From contig JBLWGC010000104.1 in NCBI GenBank assembly GCA_048772705.1, forward strand, positions 372,001-436,000: a stretch of DNA of 64,000 nt, read 5' to 3'. The notes under the pieces are model-generated. The model searched no databases. It was not told the DNA's origin and saw only the letters and a program-made list of their open reading frames with translations. The first letter of the stretch is position 1; each line of letters opens with the position of its first letter. The position numbers were made by a program, and so were the translations under genes. Shown piece by piece: positions 31,949 through 42,576 of the stretch. The stretch is from Leidyana gryllorum EB-2025a. Its lineage: Eukaryota; Protista; Apicomplexa.

Positions 31949-33886
31949 ATGGAGACAGGTTTGGAGTCATTAACTTCCGCTCTGGTGAGCGCGGTGACTA
32001 ACGAAGATGTGACGATGCTGCATTGGATCCGAGACCATAGCGGAGGACGTATGCCGAGTTTGTTGGAGAAGCTTGTGGCCGACGGGTCGTCTTTATTCCA
32101 CATTGCCGCTTCTTGTGGGTCTGTGAGAGTGATGAATGTGTTGACTGATTGGGGATTACGGCCACACCTCCGCGACACTCGTGGATGGACAGTATTCATG
32201 AGTGCAGTTTACGAGGATCAGGTGGGATCAATGGAGTGGCTATACTCACGGTACCCCTCAGCGCTGCATGGTCGGGGTCGCAATGGGGTGACGGCATTAC
32301 ATTTGGCTGTCAAGAATGGATGTTTGCGAGCAACGAAGCGACTAATACAATGGGGACTGACGCCTGACAAAGTAGTGGACGAGTTTGGGGTCGATGCAAT
32401 GATGACGGCGGCAGCAGCAAACCAAGTGACGACAATGGCCTACTTATACGATCGGTGCCCTCGGATTCTGGAACTACGGACTCCGTCTCGCCGTTGTGCT
32501 CTACACTTCGCCGCATCCAATGGCTCCCGTGAAGCCTTGGAACTATTATTGGAATGGGGGATGGATCCAGCGACCAAAGCGGATGAGAATGGAGAGACAC
32601 CGTTGATGGTAGCGATTGCCAACAATCACTTGGAAGTGGTGGTGCGACTTTTTGAGCAGTATCCTGAGCTGTTCAAACAACGAGCTCGCGGCGGAAGGAC
32701 TGTTTACCATTACGCGGCTGAAGGCGGGGCCGTAGAAATCCTGGAACAATTAGATACTTGGGGACTGGACTACTTGAATACCGAAGACTGTGATCGCCAG
32801 ACCGGTTTCACAGTTGCAGCTGCTACTAACAGAGTTGAGGCGATGCGATGGTTCTACCGACAGCGCCCGTCCAGACTGCTGCACCGAACGGTATTTGGCC
32901 TAACGGCTTTGCACCTCGCGGCAGCGTCAGGTGCTCTACGAGCAATGGAACAATTGGTCGCCTGGGGTATGAGGCCGGACAGTACTTTGGATGACTGGGG
33001 TCATACTGCCTTGATGTTGGCTGCCTTGGGCGACCAACGCGAAGCGGCCACCTGGTTGAATGATAGGTGTGTGGCGTTGATAAATGTTAATCTAAAACCA
33101 GCATGGCATCTCCAACAAGAAGAATGTGTAAGACGCTTGTGGACAACGACTACCCTGACGGGAAGGTGCAAAGCATCGTCTCCGTCATCGGGTTTAGGCG
33201 CATGGCTGCTCGAGCCGTATCGAAAAGCGGCCACATTGATAGATCGATTGGATGTTGGTGACTTCTCTCCTCTTCATATAGCTGCCTTGGCTGGTTCCTT
33301 AAGCACCTTGAACCTGTTGATCAAATGGGGGTTGCATCCTAATGAAACCGTCACGCAAGACGGAGTGACGGTTCTCATGGTAGCGGGGGTGGCCAACGAA
33401 GTAGAAACCATGCAATGGTTACATCAATATTACCCACGGCTGATCCATCGACGGATGAAAGGCGGCTTGACTGCTCTCCATCTGGCTGCGGAACAGGGTG
33501 CACTGGACTCCGTCAAAGTGTTAGTCGGATGGGGACTAAGTCCCACCCATCTGGTTGACGAGGAGAAATTGAATCCTTTCATGCGGGCGGTGGCAGCCAA
33601 TCAAGTTGAGGTGATGCGATGGATTTTCGACTTGGATCCCCAAGCTCTACTTGAGAGAGACGCGGGAGCGGCGATGCATCTCGCGTGCCAAGCTGATGCT
33701 GACGAGGCTATTGCGATGCTCAATGCCTGGGAAACTCAACAACACAAGTGCGCTCACCCTCCTCCCGTTGCTCTGTCTCCCTACTCTGCTTCCAAGACTA
33801 TCAGTGCCTTATTTATGTTCAGTGGCGGTTTGGCTCTCGGTCTGGCCATGACTGCGCTCAGCAGGATTGCCTCCCATTTGTCATGA
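31949..33886 (+). CDS. Large ankyrin-repeat protein with C-terminal tail-anchor-like helix
   Basis: About 16 ANK repeats (TALHLAA..G); C-terminal ISALFMFSGGLALGLAMTAL. Confidence 0.92.
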   Translation: METGLESLTSALVSAVTNEDVTMLHWIRDHSGGRMPSLLEKLVADGSSLFHIAASCGSVRVMNVLTDWGLRPHLRDTRGWTVFMSAVYEDQVGSMEWLYSRYPSALHGRGRNGVTALHLAVKNGCLRATKRLIQWGLTPDKVVDEFGVDAMMTAAAANQVTTMAYLYDRCPRILELRTPSRRCALHFAASNGSREALELLLEWGMDPATKADENGETPLMVAIANNHLEVVVRLFEQYPELFKQRARGGRTVYHYAAEGGAVEILEQLDTWGLDYLNTEDCDRQTGFTVAAATNRVEAMRWFYRQRPSRLLHRTVFGLTALHLAAASGALRAMEQLVAWGMRPDSTLDDWGHTALMLAALGDQREAATWLNDRCVALINVNLKPAWHLQQEECVRRLWTTTTLTGRCKASSPSSGLGAWLLEPYRKAATLIDRLDVGDFSPLHIAALAGSLSTLNLLIKWGLHPNETVTQDGVTVLMVAGVANEVETMQWLHQYYPRLIHRRMKGGLTALHLAAEQGALDSVKVLVGWGLSPTHLVDEEKLNPFMRAVAANQVEVMRWIFDLDPQALLERDAGAAMHLACQADADEAIAMLNAWETQQHKCAHPPPVALSPYSASKTISALFMFSGGLALGLAMTALSRIASHLS

Positions 33887-34057
33887 CTTTGTGGTGAATT
33901 TCAACAAAAGTTTCTGTGTCAATTAATCAATCCCTTTCTCATTGTGTTGGTGTTGGTGGTGGTTGGGAGTTCCTTTCCTAATTCGTGCCCACACCCGGAA
34001 AAAGGGAGGACGACGTCTCTAACTGACTATAACTTGTTGTTGTCGATCGAAGAATCT

Positions 34058-34813
34058 TCAGTCTTCCTCCTCTTCCTCCTCAGAGTCAGCTGAGGAGTCA
34101 TCGGAGCTGTCGTCCATAGTCAAGAAAGGTGATGGGTAGATTTGGCGGCGAATCAGCTCGCCAAAGTCAGAGAGGAAGGGCACATCGTCCAGATCCTTCT
34201 CGCTGAACCAAGTGAACAGCGAGTACTCGCTATCGTCCTCGCAGTCCTGACATTCGCAGTCGGTCTTGTGGTCGTCTTGTTTGGACTGAGTCTTGGCCAC
34301 GAGCTTGCGGAAATCCTTGGAATCATCCTTGAAGGTGATCTCGGTCACGGTGGTCTCAGACTCCTTGACACTCTCGTCCTCGTCAAAAACGACCTTCTTG
34401 GTCAGGACGACTGGGGAGAAGGTCTCCGCGGCCGATGGCTTGAACTCGAACGTCACCTGGTACGATCCATTCTCGTCGAGATGATCGCTGACGTGGATGG
34501 ACCTGAGGTGCTTTTGGAGGAACTCCAATTCGGGCTCGGGCAGGTAGCGACGCATGAACGGGTTGCCAGTGATAGCGGTCGCCCAGAAGCCTTCCTCTTC
34601 CTTCAAGAGCTCATCGCGCTCCTTGAGCAGAGGAACCTTCTTCTGCTCGTACTTTTGTTGGATTTTAGTCTGCTCCTGGAGACATTGAGTATCAATCTCG
34701 TTCAACTTGGTTTGGATAGGTTGGAGCTTCTCAATGAATGGAGCCAATGAGTCGGTTTTGGCGCTCTTGGCCTTGTTACCAGCACTCTCAGTCGCGGCTC
34801 TCTTTCCGGCCAT
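34058..34813 (-). CDS. Nucleosome assembly protein (NAP/SET family)
   Basis: PLLKERDELL...GFWATAI..NP, YQVTFEF, LTKKV, SLFTWFS and GELIRRQIYPSP; acidic tail. Confidence 0.92.
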   Translation of the reverse strand: MAGKRAATESAGNKAKSAKTDSLAPFIEKLQPIQTKLNEIDTQCLQEQTKIQQKYEQKKVPLLKERDELLKEEEGFWATAITGNPFMRRYLPEPELEFLQKHLRSIHVSDHLDENGSYQVTFEFKPSAAETFSPVVLTKKVVFDEDESVKESETTVTEITFKDDSKDFRKLVAKTQSKQDDHKTDCECQDCEDDSEYSLFTWFSEKDLDDVPFLSDFGELIRRQIYPSPFLTMDDSSDDSSADSEEEEEED

Positions 34814-34859
34814 CTTCACGCACGCCCAAAAAAATTGCTACTATGTTGCCTAACAATCC

Positions 34860-36168
34860 ATGGCCTTCCCGCCCCGCCCGCCCGGAGTCAGACCCAAAGA
34901 CCTGATTCGAGAACACTACGAACCCCAACAGCAGCCATTACCTCTCTGGTCAGACTACTTTGCCGAGCACGATGTCCTCGATTTGCCCGGAAGTGGTCGT
35001 CACTTCAATGCGTACTTTGCTGGCAACTGGTCTCCAGGAGCCACCGAACCCGTTATAGTCTTTTTCCACGGTGCTGGACACTCCGCCCTCACCTGGGCGC
35101 TTGTAACCGTGAGTGCTCGCTGCCACTCTCTGCTGCACTCATTCATTAGAGAACTTTGGCACCTCACACTCTGATTGCCGCCTTTGACTGTCGTTACCAC
35201 GGAGACACCCGTTGCACTGACAACCGTCCCTTATCCATCGAGACACTCGTGCAAGACGGTGTTGACTTTGTTGCAGCCGTGAGTGCTGTTATTATTGTTG
35301 TTGTGATGAACTCGCGAACTCGCCCTCTCCCCCTCCCTCTCCGGTTAAGCACCGACCTTTTGTGACACTCCGCATGCCGATGCCAACTGAGCGATAATGT
35401 GCTGCATTGGCTTCTGGTTCAACGCGCAGCGGCCCTTTCATCTTCAATCTCAGGTACGTCAGCGTCTGGAAGCGCGAACGAGGGGTCCGGGTGGCCCTAT
35501 TATTCTCTGTGGCCACTCTCTCGGTGGCTCTGTGGTAGCGCGTGTGGGGAAGAGACTTCAGGATGTGGATGAGGGGGTTTTCGCCGTGGTGCTGCTGGAC
35601 GTCTGTGAAGGCGTAGCCCTCGAAGCTTTACATTTAAATCACCACTTTATCAGTCAATACCCCAAATCCTTCTCACGTCTCCAAGACGCGATCACCTGGG
35701 CACTGACCCACGTGGTACGAAGCGAAGAGTCTGCACGGATCAGTATCCCGTCTCAGTTAAAAGAGGTGGACGGTGTCTGGTGAGACTCTCTCTCTCTCTC
35801 TCTCTTCCCCTCCAATGCACCGCCTCTTTTCGAACTTAGGGTCTGGAAGGTTGATCTGGAGGCGACGGAACCGTATTGGCGGGAGTGGTTCGAGGGAATG
35901 GACGATGACTTCTTGGCCTTAAAGGCGTTCAAAATCTTGGTGCTCGCTGGCACACCTCACGACCGCCTCGATAAGAGGCTGACGGTGGCCCACATGGAGG
36001 GGAGATTTCAATTAAACATCATTGCCAAGACGGGCCATGTTATCCAGGTGGGCCTTGACCGGTTCAGCGGTTTCACAACGGTATCAGGAGGATCAATCTG
36101 ACCAGCTGTCGCAAGTTCTGATGTCATTTGTGTCTCGTTGCAAAGTTTTGGGTAATCTGAAGCGCTAG
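34860..36168 (+). CDS. PPME1: Protein phosphatase methylesterase 1 (PME-1), multi-exon
   Basis: WSDYF, FFHGAGHSALTWA, AFDCRYHG, GHSLGG, LDVCEG.A, SARISIPSQL, YWREWFEG, RLDKRLTVAHMEGRFQL and GHVIQED. Confidence 0.92.
35291..35398 (+). ncRNA. Candidate intronic box C/D snoRNA in PME-1 intron 35279-35453
   Basis: Box C GTGATGA 35303-35309, D' CCGA 35352-35355, C'-like TGTGACA 35361-35367 and box D CTGA 35387-35390. Flanking ATTATTGT/GCGATAAT can pair. The host intron is 175 nt, far longer than the local norm. Confidence 0.65.
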
Positions 36169-36242
36169 AGGGGCGACATTGAGCTCAGACATGCGACGTG
36201 CTTAAGTTATATTATTCGCTGTCCAACTATCAACCAAACCAA

Positions 36243-39200
36243 ATGTTCTCTGAGGCGAAGTACACCCCTGCTGATCGTCAGCTCTTCCCCGTTCGTCGTT
36301 CGTCAACTGTACGACTCACTGAAGTTGTTTTAGAGAGTACGCACAGATTCCTCTATCAGACTCATCTGTCAATCTACGCACTCTGCAGCACCCATTCTCG
36401 ACTGTCCTACAGCCCAGAAATGGGTCCGCAAGTCTCTCTTGGAGACAAGAGGCATTATATCTGTCCATCAGTCTTTGGCCAAACCAGGCTATCTGCACCT
36501 CGAGGATGCCTGGCCACTTAGTGTATTACATGTGGTACACAGGAGCGGAATCGTTACACCGATGGTGGGCTTCCGGATGTCTCCGCCTCACTCCTCACAT
36601 TCTGTTCCAGAAACTCTGTGAAATCCTTACGAGTATCGGCTGTCGCGTTCTCAATATGGAACTGAGAAACCTCAGTATCAACAAAACTCCCCTCTTGGAG
36701 GACGAGGTGACGGTCTCCACCATCCCGCTCCCCCCCGAGACGGCCAACAAGTCGGCGGCGGCCTTCCTCAAGAACTTTGTATTATCGGTAATTAGACCTC
36801 AAACAAATGTCTCCCTATCCCTACTGCCGTCCCATACAGGTCGCTGGAGTTCGGTTTGCAACTGTGTTGGATTGGCCCGCCCGGATCTGCGTCTCCTACT
36901 CGCCGAGTGTCATATCTTATCGCGCACTGGAACGCGAAGTCCAACGAGGCATCAACGAGTTCTCAATCCACACCAACAAGCCTATGACCTCTCCCCAGCC
37001 TCATTCACCACCGTCGTCGCCGTATTGGGCTCGACAGCTGTGGATCATTCTCAGTGGACTGTGTATCTGTCAGATACCGCAGTGCGGCTTCTTAGAGTGA
37101 GAGCCTTCACACTTTCGATCTCTGTCAAACTGTTGCTCATCATTTTAGCACTCCCTGGCTTTCCGGGCTTAGCATTCGGGACCTAGCGTCTGTTAGCTTA
37201 GTGTTGTACACTTTCGCAGTGTATTCGGCCCCCCACCACCGCTTTGTCTTTCAAGTGAGTTGCCGTTGCCTTTGTGTCGTTGTCGCTCGCCACTCATTCA
37301 CAAACAGAGCTTTATGAGACGGAATACAGAGATGGGAACACTTCACGTGATTGTCATGGCTGGGACAGCCTTGTTGGGGGCGGGTCTTTTGACACACGCT
37401 ATGCACCTGTTGTACGCCCTCCTGGTGGACTTCAAGTTGGATCCGCGTAGTGACGACTTGGCCGCTAAAACCTGTGCTATGGCGGCTTTGACTCTTAGCA
37501 TTCCCTTCTCCCAATCTGTGAGTCTCTTGTGCCAAGAATTAGGTCCAGACACACTCGGTTCTCTCAACAGTGCTTTATGCGTCAATGCTCTCGTGGATGG
37601 CTGCGTCCCTCAAAGTCTGCTCTGTAAGTTTTAGTGATTAGCATTCCAATATATCCCATTCCAGGGAGACTAATGTCTTTTTGGGGAGCGGTGAATCCGG
37701 CACGGGAGAGTGGGTCCCCGCCTCTCAGATCAAACCGGGAGACCTGGTGACCTTTTCAGCAGGAAATGAAGTACTCTGTGATTGTATTGTAGAATCTATG
37801 GTGAGTGGCGACTCCAGTTTTGGGCGATGAGACAACGAGAGTAGACGGATAACGCAACCGTTCACGCACCGTATCAAAGTTGCAGCCAAGAGTCTGAAGT
37901 TTTCAAGGTTCAAGTGGGACAGCGTATTGCAGGTGGCTCTGTGGTAGATCGTGGGAAGATAACCGTCGTGATCCGCCAAGAGATGGATCAGTCGGCCACA
38001 CAAAAGCTTCAGGATGTCGCAGATTGGATGCCAATGTTGGGAGGCATTCTAGGAGCCCAGTCACGATCAGCCAAATTTGTAGTCACCTTCCAGGGCTGGA
38101 TCGCCACTCTGTATCTCGTGTCACTAGTCCTGCGTATTCTACTTCGTATCAACGTGAGTGTCAGTCAAGTGTCAGCTTCTCCTCCCAAACCTCCGACAGA
38201 CCGCCGAGTATCTGATGCACGACCTGAGAGCTGTGATGCTCGTTATTTTGGCCTTCCCTCCCACATTATTCTGTGAGTCAAATTCTGTCGTTGTGGAGAC
38301 ACACACACACACACACTTAAATCGTTCAGTTCACTGCATCATCCCGGCGTGTGGATTTGTAAAGGACACATTGCTCAGGAACCGATTGGGACTCATTGTG
38401 GATGTCAATGCACTCTCGAATGCTCCCAAAGCGGGCTACTGCCTATTAGATCTCCCCGCTTCAGCAGAGCCCAATGACAACTATGTGAGAGCTAGTCTGC
38501 AGCCACAAGCCTCTAAGCTTCACATCATATCACCACGTCAAGTGGAGAGCCTCGGGGCTGCCTGTGGGCGCGTTCTTCACAACGAAACTTCTGTTGTCGA
38601 CACCCTCGAAGCCTTTTTGGAAGGGACTGAGACTGGGCTGCAAGAGGCAGCAGAATCCGGAGGAATGACCACCAACCCTGCGCAAACAACAGCTGCTGCC
38701 TTCTGGCTGATCGTTCGTACCATTCTTAGCGCCTCGGACAGCCGAACGTCCATTGCTCAAAATCTTCTCTCCACAGCCAACGAGCATTGTCCGACCCTCG
38801 CAGATCACAACAATACCCTCCACAACATTGATCTTCGAGCCAGCCGGGAGCCAATGACGTGGGTGCTGGCTGGTCACCTGGTCAGATTGACATTGGATCC
38901 GACCTCCCTCACCTCTGCCAGTGAAACTGTAGGTACATCCGGGCTTGTGTGATGACCACCTCTTCCTCGGCAGACGCGTATCGGTCAGCAAGGAGTTCTC
39001 GGGTTGGTGGATATTTACCTCACCATTGATGAAGAGGTCGTAGGTAGGCAGACAGTAGAGTTACGGAACCTTTTCACTATCTCTCTCTCTCTGTTTCCAA
39101 ACAGCTGCCATTCCTTCAAGACTGACATTTGACACTCAGAGTTTGGAGGCATTCCAACGACTGATCGCCGTAAGTAGGAGTGCCGTTGCCGGTTGACCGA

Positions 39201-40096
39201 TATTTTCCGATCGGTAGGCTTATCGATTCGATGGATGGATAGCTCACGGGTACGCTAATGCCTTATCGGAGTACATTGCTCGGACTGTGGGAGTACCTCG
39301 CGATCACGTAGTGCGTGTGGGTCTGACATGCGGAGACACACTGGAGAGCTTGGCCAACAGCATAGCGTCCGGGGAGCGGGTGTTGGAAGGATATACGGAG
39401 GCATCTGATGGGTCGAGGCGGCCGGCGACCACAGTTGGCGGCGCCATTCTTTTGCTGAAGGCCTCGACCCCCGATGAGTTGGACCCGATCGGCCCAGAAG
39501 CCAAGCACATAATCAGCTGCTCCTTGTTACCAACTTTACACCCGGACTTCGAAAGTTCCCCATCAATGCGATGTTTCGACCGTCAGGCCAATATTCAGTT
39601 GCTGTCATACGAGTGAGTCACATATAAGAGACGATGTGTGATTGTTTGATCACAATGCAGCTTGGGGGCCGTCTCGACCATCTTGTATTGGGGACGAAAG
39701 CTTCAATTTGTGCTGACAATGGCGGTGGGATGGTATTACGTGATAATTGCTGCCAACTGTATCCTGAGTGTGAAGGCTATGGCGAAAGAGATCAATGCGG
39801 GATACACCGGATTCGCCAACTTTCTTTTGTTGGTCTCTTTCAACACAGCGGGTGCTCTGGTCGCCAGATTCGCTACGATTCGGTACCTTCGGAAGCTACC
39901 AACTTGGGCCGACAGTCACGTGCGGGCAGGTCAACCTCAAAGCCATATCTTATCGGTGCAAGACGATACCCAAGAGAGAGCTTCTTTAAATCCAGACGCC
40001 GCCTTGGTGGTTGCCTCGTCTCCCCGGTATCAAAAGACAGATGCTCAAAGCTTGGCAGGAGCTGTGATGTCTGGACAGGAATACGTCGATATCTGA
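36243..40096 (+). CDS. Highly divergent P1B-type (heavy-metal/Cu) ATPase homolog with degenerate catalytic motifs, many exons
   Basis: In P1B order: 2 HMA-like domains, TM block with NTEMGTL, A domain (IKPGDLVTFSAGNEVLCDCIV; IAGGSVVDRGKITV), VILAFPPTL, GLIV...CLLDLPAS, IYLTIDEEVV, IAHGY...IARTVGV, ANIQLLS and two final TMs. Confidence 0.7.
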
Positions 40097-40104
40097 TTTT
40101 TTCT

Positions 40105-40404
40105 TCACTTGAAGGGTTGTTGACGAACAGCTTTTGGCCAATATCCCTTGTTCACAGGTGCGACAAATTGGTAAGCTGGACCTGTTGGAGCCATCAATCG
40201 CGGAGTTGATGGTGGTGTCTCCTCCAGTATGACCACAGGTAGTTCAGGGGGCTCGATCTCGTTAGACCTTCCAGTCAAACACAGCCCCCGCTGCAATCTA
40301 GGCTGATGTATGAGCATTAGAACGCAGATCACAACGCCCACAGCATATGCAACAACGAGGGCCCAGGCACCCTCGACCCAATACCGATCGGCCCTCTCCG
40401 ACAT
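40105..40404 (-). CDS. Small single-pass membrane protein, hypothetical
   Basis: 99-aa ATG-started ORF with one strong hydrophobic helix, filling the gap between two genes. Confidence 0.5.
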   Translation of the reverse strand: MSERADRYWVEGAWALVVAYAVGVVICVLMLIHQPRLQRGLCLTGRSNEIEPPELPVVILEETPPSTPRLMAPTGPAYQFVAPVNKGYWPKAVRQQPFK

Positions 40405-40459
40405 GTCTCGCCTCGTCTCACCACCACCACATGCAAGGTGCGTATAAAGATAGAGTCGG

Positions 40460-41291
40460 TCAAACCGTCAGCTGCTTCAGTCGAATTTCAAGTTCAGCCA
40501 AATCCTCCTCTAATTGTGGTATACGTTCCACTTTCTGAAAGAGGGAAAACTTATTCATTAGTCCTCGTCAGTGCACCGCCAATACGGCCACTCGCTGCAC
40601 GCAAGCCACACACACACACACGTACCGATTCCTGGTTTTGTAACAAATCCTGCCCCGCAGACTGCTTGACTGCGAGCTGCCGAGCCTCATGAAGTTTCTT
40701 GCGAGTGATCTTCATTTTGTTCTTGACCTCTTCTGGATCTGTGAGCCCATCAAGGTCAATCTTGGAGTGCATGCGACCTTGAACGCCACGCTCGGATGCT
40801 GCTACTACAGAGGTTTGGACTGTCGAGCCATTGTCGAATGTGGGTTCCTCAATGATTAGCATTGGGCCGGGCGGGGGTATGCCGATCTTCTTTGGCCGTC
40901 TCTTCTTCTTTTGCGTCTCAGGAGCGTTGACCGCGTGGGCTCCCGCTACTTCACCGTTAGACTGCCGCCGCTGAGCACTGGGGGCGGGAGCAGGGAGACC
41001 CGGAGGGCATCGACGCGCCTCTTCGATCCCTCGTCTGACCAGAGCCCCGCGACTTTGGAAGCGCTCGCGCTCTTCCTAGAAGAGGGAAGTTACTTTTAAT
41101 CAGCGTAAATAGACTCGTCGTACCATGGGCATGAAGCCTGGGCGAACTTTGATCGCCTTACGGATAGAACCATCTGGGCGTCTAGAGGCAGCGATCATCT
41201 TCTCCCCCGTTTCGCAGATGATGTATGTTTCGCCAGCGCCAGAGCGCTCAATCAGCGCTCCAGGTGGGACGAGGGATCGGCTGTTCAACAT
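40460..41291 (-). CDS. PYM1: Partner of Y14 and Mago (PYM1/WIBG), 3 exons
   Basis: Mago-binding motif IAASRRPDGSIRKAIKVRPGFMP. C-terminal helix pair KMKITRKKLHEA...NQESKVERIPQLEEDL after splicing. Confidence 0.88.
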
Positions 41292-41302
41292 GACGAAAAA
41301 TT

Positions 41303-41578
41303 TCACGTGCAGTGTTCTTGGTGGTCATTCGGAGCGCGTTGTGGAGTAGTGAGGGCTTTGCCAGTAAGAGTCTCTCCCTGTCTGCGAAACGCCGGCTGGT
41401 TCGCTGTGTCAGTTGGATGTGCCTCTTCAGCCACCTGGTCACTGACGATCTGGGCTAACGTTTGACTCCTTTCCAGAGTGGCTAAGCGCCGAGCATCACG
41501 AGTGAATTCCTCGTCAACCTTTGTTTCATCTAAAGGGTTTCTATTGGCTTCCTTTGGAGCGACTTTCTGTTGATCCAT
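41303..41578 (-). CDS. Small hypothetical hydrophilic protein (91 aa)
   Basis: ATG-started ORF (AAAATAATG context) that fills the gap between the glutaredoxin and PYM1. Confidence 0.45.
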   Translation of the reverse strand: MDQQKVAPKEANRNPLDETKVDEEFTRDARRLATLERSQTLAQIVSDQVAEEAHPTDTANQPAFRRQGETLTGKALTTPQRAPNDHQEHCT

Positions 41579-41628
41579 TATTTTATAGCTTAGGGCAGGC
41601 AGGCACACACGCACACGCTACACACTTT

Positions 41629-42576
41629 TCAGATGCCTAGTGCTTGACGAATCCCGTCGGGTCCGACGTCTTTAAGGGTATCCGTGAAGATGTCGAGACC
41701 TCCAAAGAACTTCCCGCCAGCATAGATTTGGGGGAAAGTAGGCCAGTCACTGTATTTCTTCAGATAGGTCCGCATATGAGGCATATCGAAGATGTTGAAA
41801 CTCTCGAACGGTAACGCCAGGTCATTGAGCAAATTAACCAATTGTTTGCTGAATCTGCAGTATGGTTGCGTCTTCTTGCCTTTGATAAAGACCACCAGGT
41901 CGGCAGATGTAGTCATCTTTTTAGCCGCCTCTTCCAGATGTTGCAATACCCGCTTTTCAGCCTCTTGTATCTCTTCTTTGTGCTCCTGATACTTCTCGGG
42001 ATCACAACATTCAGCATTGCCTTCCACCACGATACGTCCGTTAACATACAGTGCGGTGTCTTGGTCGCACTCGATCCTGTGGTAGAGAACGGTGGCCTCT
42101 GGCAACTCCATCACGCTTTTCAGGGCCGTCATAACATTTTCCGGGATAAAGCCTCCGGTAGCGCGCAGCATCAAAGGATTCCGGCTCGCCACAGCGGTTT
42201 CAATTTCACCTTCGGTTTCGTGATACTGGCGCACCAGCTTGGGAATGTCAATGGACGGAATTGCCGGAGTGGTTTTTGCCGTCTCAATCGCGTCTAGCGC
42301 CTTCTTCGGATTGAACCCAACCACTTGGTGCCGCACGGCACCCGCATAGGTGACCCAAAGGGTCGGCAGAGCCGTGACAAGCATACGCTGAATGTCCCTG
42401 GTAGTCCACTTCGGACCACGCACAAGGACAATATGACGGTGTTCTTCCGGCAATGGTAGATTCGACAAAACCTCCTTCATAGCCTTGCACACCTCATCAG
42501 TCTCGTGGACGTAGAGGAACGCTTGAACGGCTTCCCCGGCTCCATCTATTGCTCTGATAACTTCTACTGGGAGCAT
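41629..42576 (-). CDS. Multidomain monothiol glutaredoxin (Trx + Grx, GRX3/PICOT-like)
   Basis: VFIKG...PYCRFS, FNIF, LKKYSDWPTFPQIY.GG.FFGGLDI; N-terminal Trx-like ALPTL...VVGFNP. Confidence 0.9.
   Translation of the reverse strand: MLPVEVIRAIDGAGEAVQAFLYVHETDEVCKAMKEVLSNLPLPEEHRHIVLVRGPKWTTRDIQRMLVTALPTLWVTYAGAVRHQVVGFNPKKALDAIETAKTTPAIPSIDIPKLVRQYHETEGEIETAVASRNPLMLRATGGFIPENVMTALKSVMELPEATVLYHRIECDQDTALYVNGRIVVEGNAECCDPEKYQEHKEEIQEAEKRVLQHLEEAAKKMTTSADLVVFIKGKKTQPYCRFSKQLVNLLNDLALPFESFNIFDMPHMRTYLKKYSDWPTFPQIYAGGKFFGGLDIFTDTLKDVGPDGIRQALGI

Noticed and set aside
34142-34750. Long antisense ORFs (also 13239-13889, 62796-63523 and many short ones)
   Set aside because: They are shadows of GC3-biased real genes on the opposite strand.
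40535-40625. CTGACGA in the PYM1 intron as a hammerhead ribozyme core
   Set aside because: No stem II followed directly by GAAA and no matching stems I/III. It more likely reflects branch-point sequence.
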